From: Polymyxa betae A26-41
Lineage: Eukaryota; Protista; Endomyxa: Phytomyxea
Direction of reading: 5' to 3'
Length of the DNA stretch: 45,194 nucleotides
Assembly: GCA_003693705.1 (NCBI GenBank)
Contig: RBZT01000597.1
Coordinates: forward strand, 1-45,194
The notes beneath the pieces were generated by a model. It worked only from the letters and a program-made list of their open reading frames with translations, was not told where the DNA came from and ran no database searches. The stretch's first letter is position 1. Each line of letters starts with the position of its first letter. Shown here in pieces: positions 24,595-35,583 of the stretch. The translations under genes were made by a program, and so were the position numbers.

Positions 24595-27500
24595 TTACGT
24601 TAGCGCCGTATCTAACACGTATTCGAATTTCGGCAGGGTCAGGTACGACCGAACAGCGACGATCATGGCTTGCGTGGGCAACGAGATCGGGATCACGGGC
24701 TGGAACGGCGAGGTAGACGACGACAGGAGCGCGCCCGGATTCCGCGGCTGATAATGACAGGCTGGCAGCTGCCGACCGATATCAATGGGCATCGTCCGAC
24801 AGCCTCAGGACAGCGTTTACCTGAAGCAAGGCGATCTGCGTATCTTTCGCCGTCGGGCGCAGGACGTTCTCGATCCAGCGGCGCATACTGGCCCCGGTCG
24901 CCATCATCCACCGTACTGGATCAACATTGGGTCAGGTTCGTGCTGGTTCGAAGGAGTTCGTTACGTTCGATGTGGAAACAGGCGCTCTCGTCGACCACGG
25001 AATCGTAGTAAGCGCTGAACGATTGGTAGCGGTCGGCGTCGTCGACGAACCCGATGTCGATGTTGACGAACGCGTCCAGCGTGCCGGCCCCGAGCGGCTC
25101 CGGGATCTGCGAGACCCAACGCAGATTCAGGTCGGTGACGTCGCGGCCCAGCAGCGTCTGCAGGAACGTCGTCAGGCGCTCGACGTCCTGGACGCGCCCG
25201 TCCGCCAGCGACGTCGCACTGATCAGCGCGAACCTGCACCCCACCGTCAGTAACATAAATGTCGCATGACGTTACATGACGGGCGTAACGTCAATGCAGG
25301 AAACGTGACATACCGAAAGCGACGGTAGTTAAGGTTGGGTCCGGAAAGTGCGTCGACGTGGCCGGCCACGAGCTGGTCCGCGTAGTTCCAGTTAAATGGC
25401 GCATCCGTGGCACGGATCAGAGCGTCAATCGGTAACAGGGCCGCACACGCATCACTCCACAGGAAATAACGATACGGGAACGCCGGCTGCATGCCGAACA
25501 ACGTTACACTGTGTAACGTTGTGACACCGTGCTATGACCGACCTGATTGCCAGTGCTCCAGGGGGAGTCGTGCGTCACATTCGACAGGCGGAAATACCGA
25601 TGAACCTTCACAGGACACGTTACGCAGACACAGGGTAGCGCACGCAGACGTCACGGACCTGGATATTGTCCGTGGATCGGTCCAGTATGACCTGGTGATG
25701 ATCGCTGCCGAGTGACAGCTGGTAGAGGATGGATTGCCCCGGACCTGGCGAATGCCGTGTCGGAGCGACCATCAGCTGGAAATCGTTCGTCAGACGTTGT
25801 GTGATCAACTCCGTGAGCAGGTTCTCGGCTCTGTTCGTGGGTAACGTTATCACAAGGGGGTGCCACCAGTCTATACGTTACCTATCATGATAGCGCCGGT
25901 CATTTGGCACAAGCGACAGAGTCTGGACCGTATTGCGGAACTCCTTCTGTAGCTGGTCCAGATGCGGGAAATAGTCCGTGGTCAGGGGCAGTACGGCCGG
26001 CGTGCACAGCGACTTGAGATCGAGTTGGGTGAGTGGCTCCTCTACTGACAAGCTCACGATTAGAGAAGGGTTGCTGCGGCACGGAGTCCGTGGCGGCAAT
26101 GGACGTCACGGACCTTGTTTCGGGAACAGATGCACCCAGCGACGACGATTATTGGCCAACTTCGGGGTCGAACTCTGACACAGCCCTCATCAGAACCCGC
26201 GGATCGTAACGTAATCCGGGGGCGTAACATAAATATGAAACGTAATAGGGGTAACGTAAAATGTGCGAAGGCGAATGAGTGAAATGTAATCAAAAAGGTA
26301 ACGTAATCAAAGTCACATAGCGTAAAATATGCGACGGCGAATGCGTGTTACATGGAGCCTGAATGGGTTGGGCTCTGTGGCGATCCCGCCCAAGTCGGAG
26401 CCCGGGGACGATACGGACGCGGTCAGCGGGGCCGTGTACGACTCCACGAGGATCGGTCGTGATTGGTCGTCGTGCTGGACCTCGAACAGGACTTGGTGAC
26501 GGCCGACGCCTACGTCCGTGGTTGTCAGTGACGGACAATGATGGGCGCAGGTCGCCACGGACCTGCGGAGCCTGATCGGCTCGGTGTGGGTGTGCTGGAG
26601 TCGAGCCGGATCTTGGACGCGGCCGCGGACATAGTGGCGGACACCGCCGGCGAAAATGACGACGGCGCCGGTGGCGATGCCCATCGTTTCGGGACGAGAT
26701 CGGTCGGGGATCCGGAGCTCACTTGACGCTGCTGCGGAATGCGGAACTCCGACTGTGCCAATATCGTTTCACGTTACATTATGTTACGAAATCGTGAACA
26801 ATCATCGTTACGCGATGATCCAATGCGGACATGGAGACAGTCTTGGTCAGCGATGTCGGATGATACCGGACAGGACGCACGGACTCCGTGGGTCCGGGCA
26901 GCTGTGGCGACGCCGACAGTGACGGGACGATCTGGCCCAGCGACGGAAACGATCCCGAGTGCGCAATGTAACGAATCGGTGAGCGTAACGCCTCGGACTC
27001 CGAAAGGCAGGGACCTTCCCCGCACTGGAACACGTCGCTGTCGTACTGGTCGTAATAAGCCGGATTTAGCTCCTAGAAATCCAGTTAAGAGAAACCTGTA
27101 GCCCGGAAACCCTAAACCCTACTAGAATCGAGATCGAATCGGAGAGGGTCGGAGTCACGGGGTACACGACAGAGTTCGACGCAAAGGCCCAGTCCGGGTC
27201 GGACTGCGACGATGGGAACATTCGACAGAGAGGGATCGGGCCGAATCCATCACCGCCCTTCTCGCCCTACAAGCGGTATCGGCATTGGCAAGGTAAACGG
27301 CAACGTAAAACAGGTATCAGAAAAACAAGGTAACGTAAGAACCCTAACTGACCCAGTGCGAATCCCGTCCGGGTTCGGCCCAGAACTTCATCCCGAGCCA
27401 GTCGTCGGCGATACTGTATCGCGGCTGTGCCCTGTAACATAATGCGATGAGGTGATCGCCGCAGGTGTGTAACGTTTACGTACAGGGAGGGGGCGGTCTC

Positions 27501-29364
27501 CTGAACGTTATAGACGAAGAGCGGGACAGCATGGAGGGGAGGCCGCGCCATCGAGATCAGATCGCAGCCGATCCCGTTATCCACCATTCGTTCCTTGGTG
27601 AGTTCCAGCAGCCGAGGGTCCACAGTCCAGACACCTGACGCAACGTTACCCAACCGACGTGGCCATTCAGAGTGGTGACACGTTACCGGTGCCGGCCGTG
27701 ACGACCACGACGGCCTGCGCGGTCCGATGCAAGTCGCGATCCACGAAGTGTTTGTCGAAGGCGTTGGCGGCCAGGTTGATCGCCTCCAATACGTTACCGT
27801 CCGTGGCCGAGCACGGCACGCCCTGTAACGTGTCAGTCAACCCCCAGGCGTATCGTAAGAAAAACTGAACGGACTTTCAGGCCGGAGATGGGGTCCAGGG
27901 CGCCCCAGCGCAGCTCCTGGCTGAACCGGTTGATGCCCCGGATCAGCAGCGAACGTAACGTGGCCCAGTCGCGTCGCGACTCGCCCTCGAACACCAACTG
28001 TAACGTGATCAGCGAGTCGATCAGCACGCACGACCCCGAGACCAAGCGACCTTATAATAGTCCTGGTACAGGCGCTGCTGAGCATCGGTCTGGAACACGT
28101 TCGAGACGTCCGCCAACAACCTGCAACGATAACCGATTTGGTGTAACGTATAAAGTAAGGGAAAATCACTTGGCAACGTAAACCATTGGAAACGAAATCG
28201 AACAAAGAAGAATGAATGCGTTGACATAAACGTCGTTACGTCTGTTCGGAGTGGGCGACGGCGGGTTTCGGACCCCAGATGGGGGCGCGGGCCTCGATCG
28301 GCACGAAGAAGGTCCGCGCGAACAGCACGATTCTCAAGCTGTGATTGACGCCCAGCTTCTGCCATTGCTGGAACACGAACTGTGTAACAACAACAACACA
28401 GGTCGGTTTCGGTTACAGTCAACCGATGCCACGTTACTTTGAAGAGTCCATTGACGAGATTCTCCTCATACAGCTGCCCATCATCATCATAATCCCACAT
28501 CTCTTTGCTCAGCTGAATCAACCAGGTGATCTTCGCAGATCGAGACCGATACACGAGCTTGGTGGCGGCCGTGATCTGTCCGCACAGCATCGCCTGACCC
28601 CATCATCAGTAACGTAACATCCTGACACCAGCTAGCTACGTTACCTTGCCATTGACAAGAAGTTCATCAGCGCGGGCCGTGATGCCCATCGCTGTGATCG
28701 TCTTGGTAGAATAGACACAGGACCCCGTCAAGTCCTGTTTCAGGCGCCACATGTCACCCCTAAAACCCTAAAAACCCTAAACCCTAGACAAAGGGTTTCG
28801 TTTTACCGCGAGATGTACTGGTCGCTGAAGCTAAGCTGAAGGAAGTCGAGAGCGACGATCCCGTCGGCGGTCAGGATACGGACCACGACCTGGCAGCGAT
28901 TCTTCAATTCGAATAGATCCGCGATTCCCTTCCGGATGCTAATCTGCACATTCCCTGCAACAAACCGGCGTAAAAATACGAAATAAAATAATAAAAAACT
29001 TGAAAAGAAAAAACAAATCAAAGAAACAGGAGACGGGCGACCCTTCACGGGATTGAGTTCGGTGATGCGCGTCTGTAGTCGGGGCGCATCCGGTCCCCGT
29101 TCGGCATCGGAGATGGCGATCAGGTCGCCAATACGCAAACCCGGGAACGATTCCGGGTTCAGGCAGATCTCAGCCCGGCTCGATCGGAAACGCTCCTCGT
29201 GGACGACCTAACAAAAGTCACGGTCGGCGCCCCGCGTTCCAGTACGACCCGCCATCACCGACCAGGGTCCGGGTATAGGTACGCGCGTCATAATGGTCGC
29301 CGCCGCGATCCGACCCGGGCTGGTCGCGCTGCCGCCACCGACCGACGCGGCGTTGTCCGGCCAT
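24595..29364 (-). CDS. DEPDC5: GATOR1/SEACIT subunit DEPDC5/Iml1, ~22 introns
   Basis: Spliced frame gives [155 protein letters not shown]. Confidence 0.95.
28760..28786 (-). repeat. Interstitial telomere-type repeats (TAGGG TTTAGGG TTTTTAGGG TTTTAG on minus strand) inside a 47-nt DEPDC5 intron
   Basis: Plus strand reads CTAAAACCCTAAAAACCCTAAACCCTA. Confidence 0.85.
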
Positions 29365-29537
29365 CGCCGTCGACGACTCCGGAGGACGCTATAAAGGCGC
29401 TCGCAGTTGCGCGCAATGACTACAATGATGGAACAAGACGAAGACGAATGCAAGGGCCAGCATGCCGGCAGGAATATTATTAGTCAGGTTGGTTACATAG
29501 TTTGTGGAATCGGACGGCCACCTCGGGAGCGATTCTT

Positions 29538-32500
29538 TCAGGAGGTCTGCGAGATCTGACGCAGCATGTCTTTGGTGTAATCGAGACGGCGGCGGAAATC
29601 GTCGCGATCGCGGTCGTGACAACCTTGATCGATATGGCACAGATAGGCGGCGTTGTTCTGCAACGAAGACTCAATACCGAATTTGATACCGATAATGGGA
29701 TTGTCAATAAGGTCATCGACAATCAAAACGCAATATCATAGATCGATTTCTCCCTTTGAATGAAACTTTTGGTTACAAAAAATGACGAAATGAAAATGGA
29801 AAACCACTCGATCGCGACACTTTCAATCCAGACGCGAGAATTCATAGAGAACTGCGAAAACCGATGCAGCCACCAAACTTTAACAAACCTTATCGGTGAA
29901 TCTGACGATCCTGTCTGAGTTGATGACCAATTCTGAGCGATCAGCAAACAGAACCTAAAAATCGCCAGTCAGTTTGCAAAGCTTGACTATCACTAATTGA
30001 TGCCGACCTGCACGACACCGTTGCTCAATGCAAACAGAATCGATCGTTTCGTAGTGGCCCATTTCTTGGCATACACTGAAATCATAATTAAATAAAAAAC
30101 AAACAGACCATATTGATTAAAGCTAACAATGGGGCTCATATAAACAATCATCTCTTCAAAAGTGGATCTAATGAGGGTAAGCAGAGAAAAAACGACAGAC
30201 CTAGATCTGATCCCTTCGTTGACTTGAACGACAGCTGTATTCCGGCCGTGATATGTTTCTGGAAATGATTCAGCAATGTGACCTTCTTCTGGAGCCCGGC
30301 AGGATCGTATTTTCGTTTCGGATCGTAATGCGACGCCTGTCCGATTTCCGAATGACGCTCATAATATACAAATATGCTGCATGGCGAAACTCAATACAGC
30401 AGCAAATCGCGAAAAATGCCAGAAGCTAGAAATCTTCCCAGGCCTTCATTTTCTTTCAGAAAAGTCGAGAGGTAAGCTCAGTAAAAAACTTCAACCGAAA
30501 AAACGAATACATCAAGACGTACGTGGAGGAGGGATTCAAAATGATTTTGGTTCCATCATTGAAATAGACGCCGACACCGCCCTCCGATGTCAAATACCCG
30601 ATCCCATATTTTTCCGAATAGTTCAGCGTTTTGATGATCGTGACGCAGTCCCTCCAGTGCAGCTTCTCGTTCTGATCTGCACCGGATCACATCAGCTCGA
30701 CCAGCGCTCATAATAAGAAAAACAGCAAAAACACAGCAATAAACAGAACCAAGGATCACAAATCGAGAAAAAACCTGCCGGGGCTGGCACGACCCTGAAA
30801 CTTTTGTCAATGGCTTTTTGCAGGTTATCGAACTGCTGCCGGATTTGAACGGCAAATTTGTCAACGAAGTTTTCCTGATCAGCGCTGCCGATTTGTCCAC
30901 CGCCTGTGATCCTGCAGCCAATCCTTTAGTTCAATGCCGAAGGCAACGCTGGTCGTACTGGTTCGCATCCGTTGTCGAGTTGAATGGATTCGACTTTAAC
31001 GCCGATAATGGCAACGATGTGGGGACATTCGACATAAAGAATAAATCTACAGTCAGGATTAAACTTGACGAAACTCTTGAAGGCAATAAAACAGAACCTA
31101 CGAGATCGGATCTGCCGTAACGTTGCCCTTCGATTCGGAAGTAGAACAAGCATGCGTGAGATGAGGTCCTTGGCAGCAGCTGAAATCGGGATCCGGCTCG
31201 GGTACTCGTAATTGTTGGCGCGAATTCGGGCGTACGTCTCCTTGATGTTTGACGTCTCGAACGGCGGATACCCTGATTTAGGCCATCAATCCCGAGATAT
31301 ACAAACAAAGGAAAATACGACAAGAAGAGGTTTAACAGACACAAATTAGAACAGAGACAGAAGCACAAGGTTGCAGACAGACCTACTAAGATGGTGTACA
31401 TGATGACGCCCAGACTCCAGATGTCGACCTCGAACGAATGACCGCTGGTGGAATTGTCGAGAATCTCCGGCGCTGAAGACGTCGTTAATGCCAGGCGATC
31501 AGCAACAAAAGATTCGTGAGCGAGTACCAATATAGTTGGGCGTCCCGCTGCAAATGAAAGAATCATGTCAGAACAAGCTGAATTAGAGGATGGAAAGTTT
31601 TCAATTGCTATGGCGGAAATAAGTGAAACAGTCGGAAGTGTGTTGACAAAAGTATCATTTTCGTGGAAAACTTTCTATAAAAATTGCGGTCTGAAAGCCA
31701 GAACGAACCAAATCGTGGTCTTTCGTTCATTTTCCTCTGATAGTCGAGCGGCCAGCCCGAAATCACCCATTTTCAGCCTCAGATTGTCATGAAGAAAAAG
31801 GTTGCCAAGTTTTAGGTCGCGATGAATCACGCGGTGCTGCCGAAGATACTCCAAGACATCCAGAATCTGAAGAATGAAGAATTGCGCTTCCTGCATTGAC
31901 AGCTCAGAATCAATTTGATAACGAAAATCAACCCGACAAGCAAGATATCGCACAACGTGACAAGAACAGGTTGCAGACAAACAGAGAACTATTCATGTAA
32001 GATCCATCAATGTGAAAGGCAAAATTCGAATAAACTTGATAAGAAAGAGGAAATGCATTCAAAGGAAACTGAAACAAAAAGATAAGATTGGATTAATTCA
32101 AAAATGCTTACAGGCTCGGTGAGGTTACCCCTCACTTTCAGCATCTCTGATAAGGTCTGATACTTGCACCTCTCTAAGAGAATATACACGTTCTCATGGT
32201 CCTCTGTAAGATGGCGTCAGAACAGGACGTCTTTAGACCCAGCTCTCAAACCGACCGAAGAAGTGGTGAAATTTGACGATGCCGTCGTGTTGCAGATTGC
32301 GATGGATTCGGATTTCGTTCACCAACTGCAAATACATGGTGTGAGAATTGAAAAGCGAAAGCATGTGCTTCGAAATGGAGAGAATGATCAGCGATTGAGC
32401 TGCAGACTACGTGATCGCCAGCATGAACGAAACCAAGAAAGCCAATTTGAAAAAAGTTCGAATGAAAAGCTTGCTAAAGGCAAGAAACCCGGATTCACGA

Positions 32501-32916
32501 TTCGGTGGGAAAGCTCGAAAACGCTCATCAAATAAACGACAGCGTATAGAATGATGTTAAAACGAGAAGTTTGAATAAGAGTAGCACCTTGGCTTTTGCC
32601 ATGGAATTTGTCAGCGATTGTTTTGCAATAATCTTCGCAGCGAGTGTTTTAAACGAATCGGTCGCGGTCATCTCGTGGCATACTGCAAACCCGCCCTGGG
32701 AGAAACCGAGCTTAGATGAAAGCAAAAGCCAGATAATTATCAGCAAAAAACATCTTCTCTTTTGTCAAGAAGAAAAACTTCTCATTCTCATAAAGCTAAA
32801 CTTCCAAAGATAACCTTGCCAAGGCGGGTTCCAAGGCGATACGTTTTATCACTGCCCGATGCCAAGCGTTCCACAACGATGGTTCCGGGCTGGAACTCGG
32901 GCAGAGCCACGGCCAT
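29538..32916 (-). CDS. PLK: Polo-like kinase (kinase domain plus polo boxes), multi-exon
   Basis: LGK|[77 protein letters not shown]. Polo-box segments [31 protein letters not shown] and [21 protein letters not shown]-terminal RRRLDYTK. Confidence 0.96.
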
Positions 32917-33128
32917 GGATTAAGCGACGCTTGGTTAACGATCTTCGTTTTGGAAATGCAGACACAAACCTTGACTGGACTGTGAGGTTTAAACCAGCGC
33001 GCCCAGAAAGCACCTGTATGTGTGATAAAATTGAAAAGTGCGTGAAACTTCACATTTCTCAATGTTTGCGGAAAAGATTATTTGGCAGTTTTTTTGAAAG
33101 CAATTTGCTCTTTTGATTTGTTTGGCTC

Positions 33129-33170
33129 AGCGCAGATTTATTTAGCGCTGATTTATTTAGAGCAGAGTTT
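33129..33170. repeat. Short 15-bp tandem repeat (AGCGCWGATTTATTT x ~3) in the PLK / F-box-Kelch divergent intergenic region
   Basis: agcgcagatttattt agcgctgatttattt agagcagagttt. Confidence 0.7.
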
Positions 33171-34075
33171 GCGCTACCGTTATTTAAATAGCAATTCATT
33201 TGTCTTGTCTGGCAATTCCAAGGATTGAGAAATTGAGGATATCTCTAGCAGTGGTAAAGTAGGGTGCGGCCGGTTGATGTTCCAACATTAGCTTGTGTCC
33301 CAACACAAGTGATCTGCCTTATAAACGGTCTAGTCATGGCATCTTGTAGTTACTGGTTCCCACTTTGCATATGCCAAGCAATTACTATAAACATTGAAAA
33401 CAAAATTGAAACTCAACTTGTTTTCAGAAATAAAGTAATTGCATGTCTACTGGGTGCCACAAAAATATGATGTCAAGGCAACATTTCTGATTGGAAAATT
33501 TGCATAGCTTTTGCTCCTACAGTATTTCGAAACCGTTCAGAAAAGTCTCGTAAGAAGCGAACTAAAATGCTGTGGGCCCGTCATGGGTTTAGGTTATAGT
33601 GATGCTACCAAGACCTTGGCACAAGCGAAATAAAAGTATGTTTCGAGATCAAATCAAGAGATACTTTTAGAAAAAATAGTACAGGAAGAGCCTTGATGGG
33701 ATTTGATAGGTTGTTTGAAGAACAGCGCTTGGCAGGAATCGGGATGATTCGCGAAGAATCCCGGCAGGGGGTCTATTCCCAAACCTCAGTTCGCTACCGT
33801 TCGGCTCAACTGCCAGGGTTTCAGAGAGAGTCGACCGCCTTCGGCCCAGCCCCAGCCGCTTCAAATCAGCAGGACCATCACAGACAATTGCAAACCAATC
33901 ATCCATTCACCAAATTTGCGATCGTGGGCTACGTTACGCCAGCGACTCATCATCGAATTGGAGCGGCCCCCAACTCATCAAGAAAGAGAGGTGTGCCGCC
34001 CTCTAGCCAGTCGGTTTAGTGGCATTTTCGAATATTGCTCGCAATTCGCAGTTTGTCGAGGACAGGACAATAGCC

Positions 34076-35462
34076 ATGTCGGGTGCACCTGTCGCCATGG
34101 TCGCTGAGACGTCAGGCGGCGCCAGCGAGGGTGCCGCCAATGATAGGCCTGCCGTGGTGAAATTCCTGCAGGCCTTGCCTTCGATGGAGCGCCTCGAAGA
34201 CTGCCTTGTCGACGATATTACAGAGCTAATCCAGCATTATCGGCAGAATCCGGTATGATTCCTCTTGTTTTATTCCTTTGGTTCCTTAATATTTTTTCTG
34301 ATCGTTTTTTTAGGGTAAAAGACGTCGAATTGCTTCGGACAAGTCAAACAAGATGATAGAAACTATTCTGTTCACCCACTGGAAACTGATCTATAAATTC
34401 CTCGGGTTATCCCCCGATTTGGTGAATGTCATGCAAACATGCAAGCAGTGGCGTGCCATATCGCTGCCAATGGTTAAGGTTCGCGACATACTGGTGCTGG
34501 TGGGTAACCCAAGAAAATTCGACGCCACCCAAAACGTCCAATACTTCGATATGCTACGAAGGGAATGGATGCCATTTATCAGATTTCATCCCGATTGGGT
34601 TCGTGGCCGTATTAAGGCAAAGTTATCAGCAGTGTATTCGAAAGATCATGGGCTGTATATCCCATCTGATCATTTGCGATGGAATTCTGAGCAGCGCATG
34701 TGGAAACCTGTGAAGAATATCCAATGCGATAGCATGGTCTTTATCGACAACGATATCTACAGCTATCAATGCTTCGATAATTGGGGCTCCGAGCTTTATC
34801 TAGAAATCACGAAGCGCCAAGCCGATGAGCATCTCTCGCCGATCAAGCGAATCGTTCGAGAGCTTGACCCTATCAGTGCCCCATATCGGGTTTCTCAATA
34901 TCAAGGGGCCTGTCTTGTGACGCCGATGCGAAACGGCTCCAGCAAGATTGGTTTCTTCGGCGGTTCTACATTTATCTCCAAAACCAGCTGTTGCTTGTTA
35001 GATCCAGATTCGGAAACCTGGACCGATCTACCAGATCTTCCAATAAGAATTTTCAACAATACTGGAACTTTCTGGAACGGCTGTGTCGTGATTGCGGGAG
35101 GTTCGAGAACAGCGGGTCGCTGGGCGTTCAATAGCAAGGTCTGGATGCTGGATGTGTCAAAGCCCGGTGCAACATGGACGCCGCTTCCAGAAATGCCTCG
35201 TGAGCATGGCCATTGTATGGTGGCGACATTTAACGGCGATCTGGTTGCTCTCATGTCTACAAGCGCCACGAAGCCAGCTGTTTTATATCGATATTCTCCT
35301 GCAGACTACACTTGGGTCCAGCTCTGGAACGAAGTCAACGCTAGCGCGAATTCGAATGTTTCAAAGGATGGGTTTTTGTTATCATGCCCTTATTCGGTGT
35401 TGTTCCCAGATCGACCAACCGAAAGGTCCTTTTCAGATTGTTTCACTAAAAAATCAACCTAA
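34076..35462 (+). CDS. F-box-like/Kelch-repeat protein; exons 34076-34252, 34314-35462
   Basis: F-box-like IYKFL...LVNVMQTCKQWRAI, then Kelch blades (IGFFGG...LDPDSETWTDLPDLP, VVIAGG...WTPLPEMPREH, YRYSPADYTW). Intron 34253..34313 keeps the frame. Confidence 0.8.
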
Positions 35463-35583
35463 ACTTTTTATTAAACTGCGTGAATTTTATGACCCATTTT
35501 CATCGGCCGATAGATGGGCCGATCCTTCATCTCATCGCGTCTCTATCGCCGATTCTGAGCCCCTGGATCGAACCCATCGTTCT

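Noticed and set aside
24590-28650. CRISPR-like or satellite array interpretation of the recurring motif
   Set aside because: Units are only 5-8 bp, irregularly spaced, and the intervening sequences are conserved DEPDC5 exons. No cas genes; eukaryotic context.
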